A DNA stretch of 36,508 bases from an uncultured Caulobacterales bacterium (GCA_964493225.1 CAZBOC010000001.1:12107-48614); one strand, 5' to 3'; counted from the stretch's first letter, positions 8,342 to 17,720 are shown. A program made the numbers and translations. Notes: generated by a model from the sequence alone, not told the origin.

Positions 8342-8638
8342 ATGAGCCCCGGAAAAGCCTCGTTTGAGGTTGCGAAGACGTTCGCACCGCCTTCAAGGAA
8401 CTGGTTTGTCCTCGCCGGCGAGATCGTCGAGGGCTTCGTCGATCAGGGAATGACCATATTGGCTGCAGAACCGGAAGGCGGCGAGGCCCGTCTCGCAATC
8501 TCAAATGTCGAATTCTTATCGTATGGGGAACGCCAGCCTTCGGCGGAGACCGCGCTCGTCATTCAATATGGCTGCGAAAAAGAGCTTGAGCGACTGGAGT
8601 CGCTCGCTCTTGGAGGAAAAACCCTGAGCATCCGTTGA
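8342..8638 (+). CDS. Small hypothetical protein (98 aa), third gene of the GTPase module
   Basis: ATG at 8342, 18 nt after the previous stop. Non-repetitive, protein-like composition. The segment FEVAKTFAPPSRNWFVLAGEIVEGFVDQGMTI resembles the G-x-V-x-G-x-V-xx-G pattern of translation-GTPase domain-2 beta-barrels (weak, by eye). The SD is weak. Confidence 0.55.
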   Translation: MSPGKASFEVAKTFAPPSRNWFVLAGEIVEGFVDQGMTILAAEPEGGEARLAISNVEFLSYGERQPSAETALVIQYGCEKELERLESLALGGKTLSIR

Positions 8639-8660
8639 AGGGGAGGCGGACCGGCGCCCG

Positions 8661-9488
8661 TTACTCCTTCAACGCCGCCTCGTCGGGCATGCCGACAATG
8701 TGGAAGCCGCCGTCGACATGCAGCGTCTCGCCGGTGCAGGACGCGCCGAGGTCGGACAAAAGATAGAGCGCCGCGCCGGCGACGCCCTTCGGATCCGTGT
8801 CGTCGCGAAGCGGGCTCGCCGCACGGTTGAAGGAAAACATGTGGCGCCCGGAGGAAATGCCGGCGGCCGCAAGGGTCTTGATCGGGCCCGCGGAAATCGC
8901 GTTGACGCGGATGTGTCGGGGCCCGAGGTCGCGGGCGATATAGCGCGTCGCAGCCTCAAGGGCGGCCTTTGCGCCGCCCATGACATTGTAGTTCGGGATC
9001 GTCCGCTCACTGCCGAGATAGGTGAGCGTGACCATGGCGCCGCCTTCGGTCATGAGTTCGGCGGCGCGCCGCGCGGCGTCGACGAAGGAGAACGCCGAGA
9101 CGTCCATCGTGTCCCTAAAGATCTGACGCGTCGTGTTTTCGACGAAAGAGCCTTCAAGCGCGGCCTTGTCCGTGAAGGCGATGGCGTGGACGAGAAAATC
9201 GAGCGATCCCCAATTCTCCGCGATCTTCTCGAAACAGGCGGTCATTTCCTCTTCGCTCGTCACGTCGCAGGGAAGGATCATCTGCGCGTTTGAATTCTCG
9301 CCGGCGAGGCTTTCCGCAAGCGGGCGCACGCGGCGCTCCATAGCCTCGTTCACATAGGTGAAGGCGAGCTCGGCGCCTTGCGCGTGGAGCTGCCGGGCGA
9401 TGCTCCAGGCGATCGAATTCTTGTTCGCGACGCCCATGACGAGCCCGCGCTTGCCCTTCATCAGTTCCCCTGTCGGAAAATCGCTCAT
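8661..9488 (-). CDS. fabI: Enoyl-[acyl-carrier-protein] reductase (NADH) FabI
   Basis: 275 aa with LMKGKRGLVMGVANKNSIAW, NVMGGAKAALEAATRYIA (Y-x6-K region) and GPIKTLAA. Confidence 0.95.
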   Translation of the reverse strand: MSDFPTGELMKGKRGLVMGVANKNSIAWSIARQLHAQGAELAFTYVNEAMERRVRPLAESLAGENSNAQMILPCDVTSEEEMTACFEKIAENWGSLDFLVHAIAFTDKAALEGSFVENTTRQIFRDTMDVSAFSFVDAARRAAELMTEGGAMVTLTYLGSERTIPNYNVMGGAKAALEAATRYIARDLGPRHIRVNAISAGPIKTLAAAGISSGRHMFSFNRAASPLRDDTDPKGVAGAALYLLSDLGASCTGETLHVDGGFHIVGMPDEAALKE

Positions 9489-9530
9489 CGCGCGGCTCCT
9501 TTCCTTCCTGCGGCGGCCGGCGATCGGGGA

Positions 9531-9719
9531 TCAAGAAGCGCCGCCGGCAAGGATGATCACCAGAATGAAGTAGGCGAGCCAGATCAGGGCGTAAAGCCCG
9601 AATCGCAGGGGCCTCTCAGCCGCGAGGAGCCGTTCCTTCAAGACGAGGCGGAACCACCACGCTCCCGCGAACGCGACCAGCGCGGCGACGAGAACAACGA
9701 CGACGGAGGGACCCGCCAT
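9531..9719 (-). CDS. Possible small two-helix membrane protein (62 aa) between fabB and fabI
   Basis: MAGPSVVVVLVAALVAFAGAWWF...FGLYALIWLAYFILVIILAGG. It has two clear hydrophobic helices and fills the 237-bp fabB-fabI gap on the same strand. The SD-like gggagg lies directly against the ATG, so spacing is poor. Confidence 0.4.
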   Translation of the reverse strand: MAGPSVVVVLVAALVAFAGAWWFRLVLKERLLAAERPLRFGLYALIWLAYFILVIILAGGAS

Positions 9720-9725
9720 TCCTCC

Positions 9726-10946
9726 CTATCCGTCGTATCGCTGGACGACGAGGCAGCCGTTCGTGCCGCCGAATCCGAAGGAGTTCGTTAGGAAACAGTC
9801 GATCTTTGCGTCGTCGATGCGCTCACGGACGATTGGCAGGTCCTCGAATTCGGGGTCGAGTGTTTCGATATGGGCAGAGGCGGCGATGAAGCGCTCCTTC
9901 ATCATCAAGAGCGAGTAGATTGCCTCCTGCGCGCCGGCTGCGCCGAGGGAATGGCCGGTCAGCGATTTCGTCGAGTTGAAAGGCGGGACCCGCGCCCCGA
10001 AGACCGTGCGGATCGCTTCCGCCTCGCGCACGTCGCCGATTGGCGTGGAGGTGCCGTGGGCGTTGATGTAGTCGATTGGCCGGCGAACCGTCTCAAGGGC
10101 CGCCGCCATGCACCGGACCGCTCCTTCTCCTGACGGCTGGACCATGTCGGCGCCGTCCGAATTCGCGCCGTAACCGACGATTTCCCCGTAGATGGTCGCG
10201 CCCCGCGCCCGCGCGCGTTCAAGCTCTTCCAGAACGACGACGCCTGCGCCGCCGGCGATGACGAAACCGTCGCGGCTGGCGTCATAAGCGCGGCTCGCCG
10301 TCTCCGGCGTTTCGTTGTGCTTTGTCGTCATCGCGCCCATGGCGTCGAACATGTTCGATAGCGTCCAGTCGAGATCCTCGCCGCCGCCGGCGAAGATCAT
10401 GTCCTGCTTGCCCCACTGGATCTGTTCATAGGCGGCGCCGATGCAGTGCACTGACGTCGCGCATGCGGAGGAAATTGAATAATTCAGGCCAAGGATCTTG
10501 AAGGCGACAGCAAGCGTCGCGGAGTTCGTCGAGGACATGGCCTTGGGAACCTGGGTGGGACCAATCTTCTTCGTGCTTCCGGATTCGCGCGTCTTGTCCG
10601 CCGCCATGACGATCGTCTCGGTCGACGGGCCGCCCGAGCCCATGATGATGCCGGTCATCGGATGGCTGATGTCGCCGTCTTCAAGTCCCGCGTCGGCGAT
10701 CGCCTCGCGCATGGCGACATAGTTCCAGGCGGCGCCTTCGCCCATGAACCGGCGCGTCTTGCGGTCCAGCGCTTGTTCGACATTGAGCGCCGGTCGCGCC
10801 GCCACCTGGCAACGAAAGCCGTGATCGGCGAATTCGCCGCAACGTGAAACCCCCGAGCGGGCGGCGCGCAGAGACGCAGCGACTTCCGCGGCGTTATCGC
10901 CGATGGAGGATACAATGCCCATGCCTGTGATCACGACGCGTCGCAT
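9726..10946 (-). CDS. fabB: 3-oxoacyl-[ACP] synthase I (beta-ketoacyl-ACP synthase I) FabB
   Basis: 406 aa with [16 protein letters not shown], the active-site [20 protein letters not shown] and NSFGFGGTN. It lies immediately downstream of fabA. Confidence 0.95.
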   Translation of the reverse strand: MRRVVITGMGIVSSIGDNAAEVAASLRAARSGVSRCGEFADHGFRCQVAARPALNVEQALDRKTRRFMGEGAAWNYVAMREAIADAGLEDGDISHPMTGIIMGSGGPSTETIVMAADKTRESGSTKKIGPTQVPKAMSSTNSATLAVAFKILGLNYSISSACATSVHCIGAAYEQIQWGKQDMIFAGGGEDLDWTLSNMFDAMGAMTTKHNETPETASRAYDASRDGFVIAGGAGVVVLEELERARARGATIYGEIVGYGANSDGADMVQPSGEGAVRCMAAALETVRRPIDYINAHGTSTPIGDVREAEAIRTVFGARVPPFNSTKSLTGHSLGAAGAQEAIYSLLMMKERFIAASAHIETLDPEFEDLPIVRERIDDAKIDCFLTNSFGFGGTNGCLVVQRYDG

Positions 10947-10994
10947 GTTTTTCCTTCCGCTGAGCAGTATTCCGGTCCGCGTGTCGCCCAGTGA

Positions 10995-11525
10995 TCAGGC
11001 GTCGAGCCCGGCGTCGAGTTGCTCGCGAGAGAACAGCCCCACCCGCAGATCCCTCGCCTGGTAGCTTTCCCTCCCGTCGATAAAGAGCTTTCCGTCCGCA
11101 ATCCCCAGGATCAGCGGTTTGCGCATGACACGGCGGATGTCAATTTCGTAGCGAACGATTTTTGCGTCGGGGGTCACCATGCCGGAGAATTTCACGTCCT
11201 TCGCGCCCAGGGCTCGGCCATGGCCCGGCAGTTCCGACCAGGTGAGAAAAAATCCCACGAGTTGCCAGAGCGCGTCGAGACCGAGACAGCCGGGCATCAC
11301 CGGATCGCCGGGAAAATGACAATTGAAGAACCAGAGGTCCGGATTGATATCCAGCTCCGCGACGATGCGCCCCTTGTCGTAGGCTCCGCCGGCGTCGGCG
11401 ATTTCTGCGATGCGGTCGAACATCAGCATCGGCGGCACGGGCAGCTGCGCCGTTCCCGGACCGCGCAGCCCGTGGTATCCGCACTCCAGAAGATCGTCGC
11501 GGGTGTAGCTATTTTTGCCTGTCAT
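10995..11525 (-). CDS. fabA: 3-hydroxydecanoyl-[ACP] dehydratase / trans-2-decenoyl-ACP isomerase FabA
   Basis: 176 aa with [12 protein letters not shown] and the FabA signature [26 protein letters not shown]. Confidence 0.95.
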   Translation of the reverse strand: MTGKNSYTRDDLLECGYHGLRGPGTAQLPVPPMLMFDRIAEIADAGGAYDKGRIVAELDINPDLWFFNCHFPGDPVMPGCLGLDALWQLVGFFLTWSELPGHGRALGAKDVKFSGMVTPDAKIVRYEIDIRRVMRKPLILGIADGKLFIDGRESYQARDLRVGLFSREQLDAGLDA

Positions 11526-11578
11526 TCACCGCCGTCCGGTTAACGAAGCCGGCTACCTAGGCCGGCGCGCCAACGCGG

Positions 11579-12112
11579 TCAATCCGGTGCGGCGCGCGCG
11601 TCCCGAAGAACGTCGACGCCCCAGAGATCGCGCGACGGTGTCCAGCCGGCGTGCCGGCCCGCAGAGACCTTGATCCAGTCGCCGCGCGCGCTTTGAACTT
11701 CGACCAGCAAATCTCGCGACAGCCGGGCCCTGACGCGCGCCGACGCTTTCGGACGCGCGAGAAGGTTTGTTTCGCGCGCGACGAATGCGTGTTTCGCGCT
11801 GCGCAAAAGCGTGTGATGGACCCAGCATTCGTCGCCGTCCCTGTCGCGGATCTTACGCCAGTGGTCGACGGTTTCGGCGATAACGATCACGGGGGCGTTG
11901 GGCTTTGAAAAGACGAAGCGCACGGGATGGCGCAATGAAGGGCCCATTCGGCAGTTGGTCGGCGCGCCCTTCAGCGCCACGATCCGCGGGACCGGAAAGC
12001 CGGAGGGCGTGTCCGTTCGCCGGCGTTCTTCCGCCGCCTCCGCGTGTGCAGCCGGGGCCGCCGCCGCGATCAGGAGCGCCGCCAGCGCGTGCTTACGCAA
12101 CCAGAATCCCAT
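11579..12112 (-). CDS. Secreted SH3-like domain protein (DUF1058-like)
   Basis: Start at the ATG giving MGFWLRKHALAALLIAAAAPAAHA (signal peptide). Two SH3b-like segments (...CRMGPSLRHPV...WRKIRDRDGDECWVH... and ...LLARPKASARV...GDWIKVSAGRHAGW). Confidence 0.6.
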   Translation of the reverse strand: MGFWLRKHALAALLIAAAAPAAHAEAAEERRRTDTPSGFPVPRIVALKGAPTNCRMGPSLRHPVRFVFSKPNAPVIVIAETVDHWRKIRDRDGDECWVHHTLLRSAKHAFVARETNLLARPKASARVRARLSRDLLVEVQSARGDWIKVSAGRHAGWTPSRDLWGVDVLRDARAAPD

Positions 12113-12259
12113 CGCCCCCTTTCCGACGCCCCCCTCGTTCAATGATTAACAGAGTTTTTCCATGCCGCTGAGATGTTAAGACGTCGTTAACGATCGAACC
12201 GTCCGATAGCGTTTTGGGCGCGCATGGCGCGTCGCAGACGCCCCCGAGCCGAGGAGCCG

Positions 12260-13228
12260 ATGAAAGTCGTCGTCACAATGAAACTCCCCGATGCGACGGA
12301 ACAGCGTCTCGTCGATCTGTTCGACGCCGAGTTGAACCGGTCCGGGGAGACCTATGAGCCAGCGACGCTTCTGGCGGCGGCGCAGGGCGCGGACGTCCTC
12401 GCCGTATCGCTCGGAGACAGGCTTGACGCGGCCTTTTTCGATGCAGTGGGCGATCGCCTGAAGCTGGTGGCGAATTTCGGGGCCGGGGTCGACCATATCG
12501 ACCTTGAAGCGGCGGCGCGGGCCGGCGTGACGGTCACGAACACCCCCTCCGTCCTCGCCGAAGACGCCGCCGACATGGCGATGGCTCTCATCCTCGCCGT
12601 GCCGCGCCGGCTCGTGGAAGGCGTCAGGGCGCTTCAGGAGGGCCGCTTCAAGGGATGGACGCCGACATGGATGCTGGGCCGGCGGGTGCGCGGCAAGAAG
12701 CTTGGAATCATCGGGCTCGGTCGCGTCGGCGAGGCGATCGCCCACCGTGCGAAAGCGTTCGGACTGTCGATCCATTATCACAACCGAAGCCCGATCAATC
12801 CGCATCTGGAGGAGGAACTGGAGGCGACCTACTGGGAGAGTCTCGACCAGATGCTCGCGCATATGGACATCATCTCGGTGAACTGCCCGCACACGCCGGC
12901 GACCTATCACCTGCTTTCACGCCGCCGACTCGAGCTGATGCCGCACCATGCCTACATCGTAAATATCTCGCGGGGCGAGATCGTGGACGAGGACGCCCTC
13001 GGCGACCTGATCGCGTCCGGCCGCCTCGCCGGGGCGGGCCTCGACGTTTTCGAAAAGGAGACCCGGCCCAACGACAAGCTCATGGCCGCGCCCAACGTCG
13101 TCCTGCTTCCGCATATGGCCTCGGCCACGGTCGAAAGCCGCATCGAAATGGGTGACCGCGTGATCATCAACATCAAGATGTTCGCGGACGGCCACAAACC
13201 CCCTGACCGCGTCATTCTCGGCCTTTAG
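12260..13228 (+). CDS. D-isomer-specific 2-hydroxyacid dehydrogenase (glyoxylate/hydroxypyruvate reductase-like)
   Basis: ATG at 12260 after GAGGAG. NAD-binding KKLGIIGLGRVGEAIA, the RGEIVDEDAL motif and catalytic-region LLPHMASAT. Confidence 0.9.
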   Translation: MKVVVTMKLPDATEQRLVDLFDAELNRSGETYEPATLLAAAQGADVLAVSLGDRLDAAFFDAVGDRLKLVANFGAGVDHIDLEAAARAGVTVTNTPSVLAEDAADMAMALILAVPRRLVEGVRALQEGRFKGWTPTWMLGRRVRGKKLGIIGLGRVGEAIAHRAKAFGLSIHYHNRSPINPHLEEELEATYWESLDQMLAHMDIISVNCPHTPATYHLLSRRRLELMPHHAYIVNISRGEIVDEDALGDLIASGRLAGAGLDVFEKETRPNDKLMAAPNVVLLPHMASATVESRIEMGDRVIINIKMFADGHKPPDRVILGL

Positions 13229-13440
13229 AGCGGCTTTGCGGGTCTTCCTGGGCCGCGCGCAGGAGCGTTGCATGGCGGTAACATCGGCTGACCGTTTCGC
13301 GAGCAGGGCAAGATTAGGCTTGTCTCGCGTCACGGAATGATAATGTCTGTGGTCGATGTCTGGTTTCCGAACCGTCGCGCGCGCGGCGGTCGCCGTGATC
13401 GACTGTGAGCTGTGGACGAGACGAGGTCGTGGCTGTGGCG

Positions 13441-13923
13441 ATGCGATTGGCGAATGTTGGTCTGGCGGCGGCGCTCCTTGCGCTCCAGGGCTTGACGTGC
13501 GCGCGCGCGGATTCAGCGCCGAAGCCGAACCCGTTCGCGAAATACGCCGACCCTGACGGCGTCGTCCTCGCGGTGGAGACGCCTTTCGCCGAGGAGCGCG
13601 GCTCGGTGCGCCTGACAGTCTATGACGACGAACAGTCGTTTCTGGAAGAGGCCGCGACAAAACACTTCGCCACCCTCGACGAGGACGGCGTTGCCATCAT
13701 GCGCCTCGGGGCCATCGAACCCGGCGAGTACGCCTTCGTCGTTTACTACGATGAAAACGGCGACGGAAAACTCAACCGCGGCAAACTGCTCGGCAAGCCG
13801 AAAGAGCCCCTGGCGTTCTCCAACGGCGTGCGCCCGAAACTGCGCAGGCCGAAATTCGAAGAGGCGAAGGTCGACGTGGAGCCGGGAAGCGTCGTCGTGA
13901 TCCGGATTGAAGACGAGGATTGA
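13441..13923 (+). CDS. DUF2141-family secreted protein
   Basis: Signal peptide MRLANVGLAAALLALQGLTCARA, and the characteristic YYDENGDGKLNRGKLLGKPKEPLAFSNG block. Confidence 0.75.
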   Translation: MRLANVGLAAALLALQGLTCARADSAPKPNPFAKYADPDGVVLAVETPFAEERGSVRLTVYDDEQSFLEEAATKHFATLDEDGVAIMRLGAIEPGEYAFVVYYDENGDGKLNRGKLLGKPKEPLAFSNGVRPKLRRPKFEEAKVDVEPGSVVVIRIEDED

Positions 13924-13927
13924 GCGA

Positions 13928-14545
13928 TTATCGCCGCTCGAACTCGGCTTCGATTTCGACCATGACGTCATTTCCGACAACGCCGGCGAAGCGATCGATC
14001 CCGAAAACCGTTCGGTCGAACGAGCCGCTTGCGGAGAAACCGACGACGTAGGAGCCGCTCCGCAGGATATCTCGCGCGCCGCCGTTGAAGGTGACGTCGA
14101 GCGTGACCGGCGCCGTTACGCCCTTCAGCGTCAGATCGCCAGTCATCCGGCCCGCGCCGGCGCCGGTAACCTCGATCGTGGTCGAACGGAACACGGCCTC
14201 TGGAAAGGCCTCGGCGTCGAACCATCCGGGACCCATCAGCGTTGCGGCGAAGTCCTCGTCGGCCACGTCGAGCGAAGTCATATCGACGACCGCCTCGACT
14301 CGCGCGGCGGCGGGATCTTCCGCGTCGAAATCAAGCTGCGCGTCAAAGCGCTTGAGGCGACCTACGTAGTTTGAAAAGCCGAGATGGTCGACCTTGAAGG
14401 TGAGCGCCGCATGGGTCCGGTCCAGGGCGTAAGCGCCGTCCTTCAGGGCGGCCGGCTCGACCGCGACGCGTGGCGCGACCAGCGAGGCGCAGCCTGTCAG
14501 CGCGACGACCGCGAGACCGGAGGCGATGAGATTATTCTGCGGCAT
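13928..14545 (-). CDS. YceI-family periplasmic (lipo)protein
   Basis: Lipobox ALTGC. YALDRTHAALTFKVDHLGFSNYVGRLKRF and GDLTLKGVT are typical of YceI-like polyisoprenoid-binding proteins. Confidence 0.85.
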   Translation of the reverse strand: MPQNNLIASGLAVVALTGCASLVAPRVAVEPAALKDGAYALDRTHAALTFKVDHLGFSNYVGRLKRFDAQLDFDAEDPAAARVEAVVDMTSLDVADEDFAATLMGPGWFDAEAFPEAVFRSTTIEVTGAGAGRMTGDLTLKGVTAPVTLDVTFNGGARDILRSGSYVVGFSASGSFDRTVFGIDRFAGVVGNDVMVEIEAEFERR

Positions 14546-15323
14546 GGGCGTGTTTCTCCTTCAGCGCACGGCATTCCGGACAGGCCGGATCGTGCGTCAG
14601 GACGACCGTCCGGGTGCTTGCGGCGAGCCCGTCATAAATCAGCAAGCGACCGGCGAGCGCGTCGCCGACGCCGAGGATCGCCTTTAGGACCTCCATCGCG
14701 GCGAGGGTCCCGACGACGCCGGTAACGGCGCCGAGAACGCCTTCCTCGGCGCAGTTGATCTGATCGGTTGCAGGCGGCGCCTCGGGAACGAGGCAGCGAT
14801 AACAGGGCAGGACGCCCGGCGCCTCATAGGGCTTGAACGTCGACAACTGCCCTTCGAAGCGGCCGACGGCGGCCGATACGAGCGGCGTTTCAAGGGCGAT
14901 CGCGGCGCGGTTCAAGACGAAGCGCGTCTCGAAATTGTCGACGCCCTCGACGATGAGATCATAGTCGCGCGCAACGCTGGCGGCGTTCGCGGCGTCCATC
15001 TTCATTTGGTGCGCGCGCACATGCGTCTGCGGGGAAAGCCTTGCGAGCGCTGCCTGCGCCGCCTCGGCTTTGAGCGCGCCCACATCTTCCGTGCGGTAAA
15101 TGACCTGACGCTGGAGGTTCGATAGCGAAACCACGTCGTCGTCGGCGATGCCGATGGTTCCGACGCCGGCTGCGGCGAGATATTGCAGCACGGGCGCGCC
15201 GATCCCGCCGGCGCCGACCACGAGAACCCGAGCCGAAAGGAGACGCTGCTGGCCTTGTCCGCCCACTTCGCGCAGGAGAAGGTGGCGCTTGTAGCGCTCG
15301 GTCTGTTCGGGGTTGAGGCTCAT
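14532..15323 (-). CDS. HesA/MoeB/ThiF-family adenylyltransferase (molybdopterin-synthase adenylyltransferase-like)
   Basis: RYKRHLLLREVGGQGQQRL, VLVVGAGGIGAP, SNLQRQV and two CxxC pairs (CYRC, CPEC). It overlaps the yceI-like start by 14 nt. Confidence 0.85.
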   Translation of the reverse strand: MSLNPEQTERYKRHLLLREVGGQGQQRLLSARVLVVGAGGIGAPVLQYLAAAGVGTIGIADDDVVSLSNLQRQVIYRTEDVGALKAEAAQAALARLSPQTHVRAHQMKMDAANAASVARDYDLIVEGVDNFETRFVLNRAAIALETPLVSAAVGRFEGQLSTFKPYEAPGVLPCYRCLVPEAPPATDQINCAEEGVLGAVTGVVGTLAAMEVLKAILGVGDALAGRLLIYDGLAASTRTVVLTHDPACPECRALKEKHAHAAE

Positions 15324-15412
15324 TCAGCGCACGCAGCGGGCCCGAGCTCGGGGCATGCCGGCGCCGCCTCGGGTCCTGCTTGTCGCGGTCTGCATCATCG
15401 CGCTCTCTCGCC

Positions 15413-15880
15413 TCAAACGCCGGTGGATCCGAACCCGCCTGCCCCGCGCGCCGTTTCATCCAGCGCTTCGACCTCCCTGAATGTAGCCTGCCGAACGGGT
15501 GAGATCACCATCTGCGCAATCCGGTCGCCGCGTTTGACGACGAAAGGCTCACCTCCGTGATTGATGAGGATGACCATGATCTCGCCGCGATAATCGGCGT
15601 CGATCGTCCCCGGCGCGTTGAGGCAGGTGACCGCGAATTTCGCCGCAAGCCCCGAGCGCGGGCGTATCTGCGCCTCCCACCCTGCGGGCAGGGCGAGGGT
15701 GAGGCCGGTCGGCACGAGCGCGCGCTCGCGCGGGGCGAGGATTACGGGCTCCCCGACGGCGGCCCTGAGGTCGGCTCCTGCGGCGAGCGCGGTCTCATAG
15801 CGCGGCGGCTCGAGCCCCTCGGCATGGGCGAGCCGCTTGATCATGACGACCGGGGACGGGGCGGGCGAGGGATGGTCCAT
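15413..15880 (-). CDS. dut: dUTP diphosphatase
   Basis: AAGADLRA, the motif [28 protein letters not shown] and the C-terminal GGFGSTG. Confidence 0.95.
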   Translation of the reverse strand: MDHPSPAPSPVVMIKRLAHAEGLEPPRYETALAAGADLRAAVGEPVILAPRERALVPTGLTLALPAGWEAQIRPRSGLAAKFAVTCLNAPGTIDADYRGEIMVILINHGGEPFVVKRGDRIAQMVISPVRQATFREVEALDETARGAGGFGSTGV

Positions 15881-15951
15881 CAGGGCGGTTCTCCGGAGTG
15901 CGTGCGGCGCTTGCGGCGGGCGTAGTTCCGATCATGGCTCAGGTTCGCCCG

Positions 15952-16833
15952 TCAGACCGCCGGCGCCGCCGGCCAGTTATCGATGAGCCGGGTTCGCCCG
16001 ATGGTCGCGGCGGCGAACACTCTGGCGGGTCTTCCGAGCCGGCCGGGCCCCGCCTCTGCGAGATCGTCTTCATAGCGGACCTCAAGATAGTCAAGCTCGG
16101 CGACGCCGCGCGCGACGAGGGCCCGCCGGCCGGCCGGGACGACCTGCGACACCGGTTCGCCGCCGCTCAGCGCGCCCGCCATTTCCTCCAGGACCTTGTT
16201 GAGGCCGCCGGCGATTCCCCGCTCGTCTTCCGTGAGATAAGCGTTTCGCGACGACATGGCGAGCCCGTCCGCCTCGCGCACCGTCGGAGCCCCGAGAATC
16301 ATGACGTCAAGGTCGAGATCGCGCGCCATGCGCCTGATGATGACCAGCTGCTGAAAGTCCTTTTCGCCGAAGATCGCGAAATCCGGTCGGCACTGGTTGA
16401 GGAGCTTGCAAACGATGGTCGAGACGCCGCCGAAAAAGTGCGGTCGAGAGCGCCCGCAGAGAATTCGGGCGAGATCGGGCACGGCCACTTCCGTCCCGAA
16501 GCCCGGCGGATAGATTTCGCCGGCGTCCGGCAGATAGGCGAGATCGCAGCCTGCTTCGTGCAAATGGTCGCAGTCCGCGCTTTCGTCTCTCGGGTAGGTT
16601 GCAAAATCCTCATGCGGGGCGAACTGGGCGGGGTTGACGAAAATGCTCGCCACGGTCCTGTCGGCGACTGCGCTGGCCTTGGCGATCAGCGACAGGTGCC
16701 CGGCGTGAAGCGCCCCCATGGTCGGGACGAGGGCGACGGTCCGCCCGTCGCCGCGCCACGCGTCGACGCGCGCGCGCAAGGCGCTTATGGTTCGCGCCAC
16801 ACCGAAACGAGAATCGCCGTTTCTTGTCGACAT
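15952..16833 (-). CDS. panC: Pantoate--beta-alanine ligase
   Basis: VALVPTMGALHAGHLSLI (HIGH-type motif), FVNPAQF, FGEKDFQQ and MSSRN. Confidence 0.95.
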   Translation of the reverse strand: MSTRNGDSRFGVARTISALRARVDAWRGDGRTVALVPTMGALHAGHLSLIAKASAVADRTVASIFVNPAQFAPHEDFATYPRDESADCDHLHEAGCDLAYLPDAGEIYPPGFGTEVAVPDLARILCGRSRPHFFGGVSTIVCKLLNQCRPDFAIFGEKDFQQLVIIRRMARDLDLDVMILGAPTVREADGLAMSSRNAYLTEDERGIAGGLNKVLEEMAGALSGGEPVSQVVPAGRRALVARGVAELDYLEVRYEDDLAEAGPGRLGRPARVFAAATIGRTRLIDNWPAAPAV

Positions 16834-16891
16834 GAATGCGGCCTTTTCTTAAAGGTTAACTTCAAGTAATGTCGTGCCATTGGAGAATCTA

Positions 16892-17695
16892 ATGCGATAT
16901 GCGACGCCAACGCGCAATAGGATCCGATGGGGTCGAGCCGTCGCCGCGCCAGTCGCCGCCGCGGGCCTCGCGATCCAGTCCTGCGCGGCCATAGGCGGCG
17001 GGCGGGCGCAGCCTGATCTCGTCGGAGACGAACCTTCGGAACTGAACTGGAGTTTCGCCGACGCGGCGCGCCTGCAGGACGAAATCGCTGATCTGAAATC
17101 GGAAAACGCGAAGTTGAAGGCGGAATTGGCGAGCCTGGAGCGCGCGAAGAAAGAGGCGGAAGCCGAGGCGAACGAAATCGCCAGGAGACGGGCGGCGACG
17201 GCCGTCTCTCAGGCCAAGGCGACGCTTTCGCCCGCCGGCGAGGCGCGCGCGCCATCGAAAACGGTGATCGCGGCGGCCGACATCGACCGGGCGCTCGCGG
17301 ATGCGCCGCCGCCCGTCGAAGCCTCGCCCCGTCTGGTCAAGCCTTCCTTTTCCGACGAAAAGGCGGTGTTTGAAAACGAAGCCGCCTCGGGCGAGGTTCG
17401 TTTGACGGCGGCGCTGTTCGGCGTGCACCTCGCGTCCTACAAGACCCTTGAGAAGGCGCGGGCCGGGTGGAGCGAATTGCAGCGGGCCTTTCCCGACGAA
17501 CTCGGCCTGCTTGAGCCCAGGATCGAACAGGTCATGATCCCGGGAAGGGGCGAGTTTCTGCGCCTTATCGGCGGCGGCTTCTCTTCGCAGGACAAGGCAT
17601 TGTCCCTGTGCAAACTTTTGCGCGACAAGGGAAAATACTGCGAAGTCGCGGGTTTTCGCGGCGAACGGCTCTCCGTCGTCGAGGCCTCAGGCTGA
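16892..17695 (+). CDS. SPOR domain-containing protein with an N-terminal coiled coil
   Basis: ATG at 16892 after ggaga. Coiled-coil LQDEIADLKSENAKLKAELASLERAKKEAEAEA. C-terminal SPOR-like FGVHLASYKTLEKARAGW...FLRLIGGGFSSQDKALSLCKLLRDKGKYCEV. Confidence 0.8.
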   Translation: MRYATPTRNRIRWGRAVAAPVAAAGLAIQSCAAIGGGRAQPDLVGDEPSELNWSFADAARLQDEIADLKSENAKLKAELASLERAKKEAEAEANEIARRRAATAVSQAKATLSPAGEARAPSKTVIAAADIDRALADAPPPVEASPRLVKPSFSDEKAVFENEAASGEVRLTAALFGVHLASYKTLEKARAGWSELQRAFPDELGLLEPRIEQVMIPGRGEFLRLIGGGFSSQDKALSLCKLLRDKGKYCEVAGFRGERLSVVEASG

Positions 17696-17699
17696 CGGG

Positions 17700-17720
17700 C
17701 GCGCCGGTTCGACCGGCGCG
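17700..17720. terminator. GC hairpin between convergent genes (possible bidirectional terminator)
   Basis: cgcgccgg-ttcga-ccggcgcg: a perfect 8-bp stem in the 30-nt gap between the SPOR gene stop (17695) and the chaperone-like gene stop (17726). No clear U-tract. Confidence 0.4.

Noticed and set aside
13921-13930. The convergent DUF2141 and YceI genes have stop codons only 4 nt apart, with no terminator
   Set aside because: It is real but unremarkable in compact genomes, and there is no additional structure to interpret.
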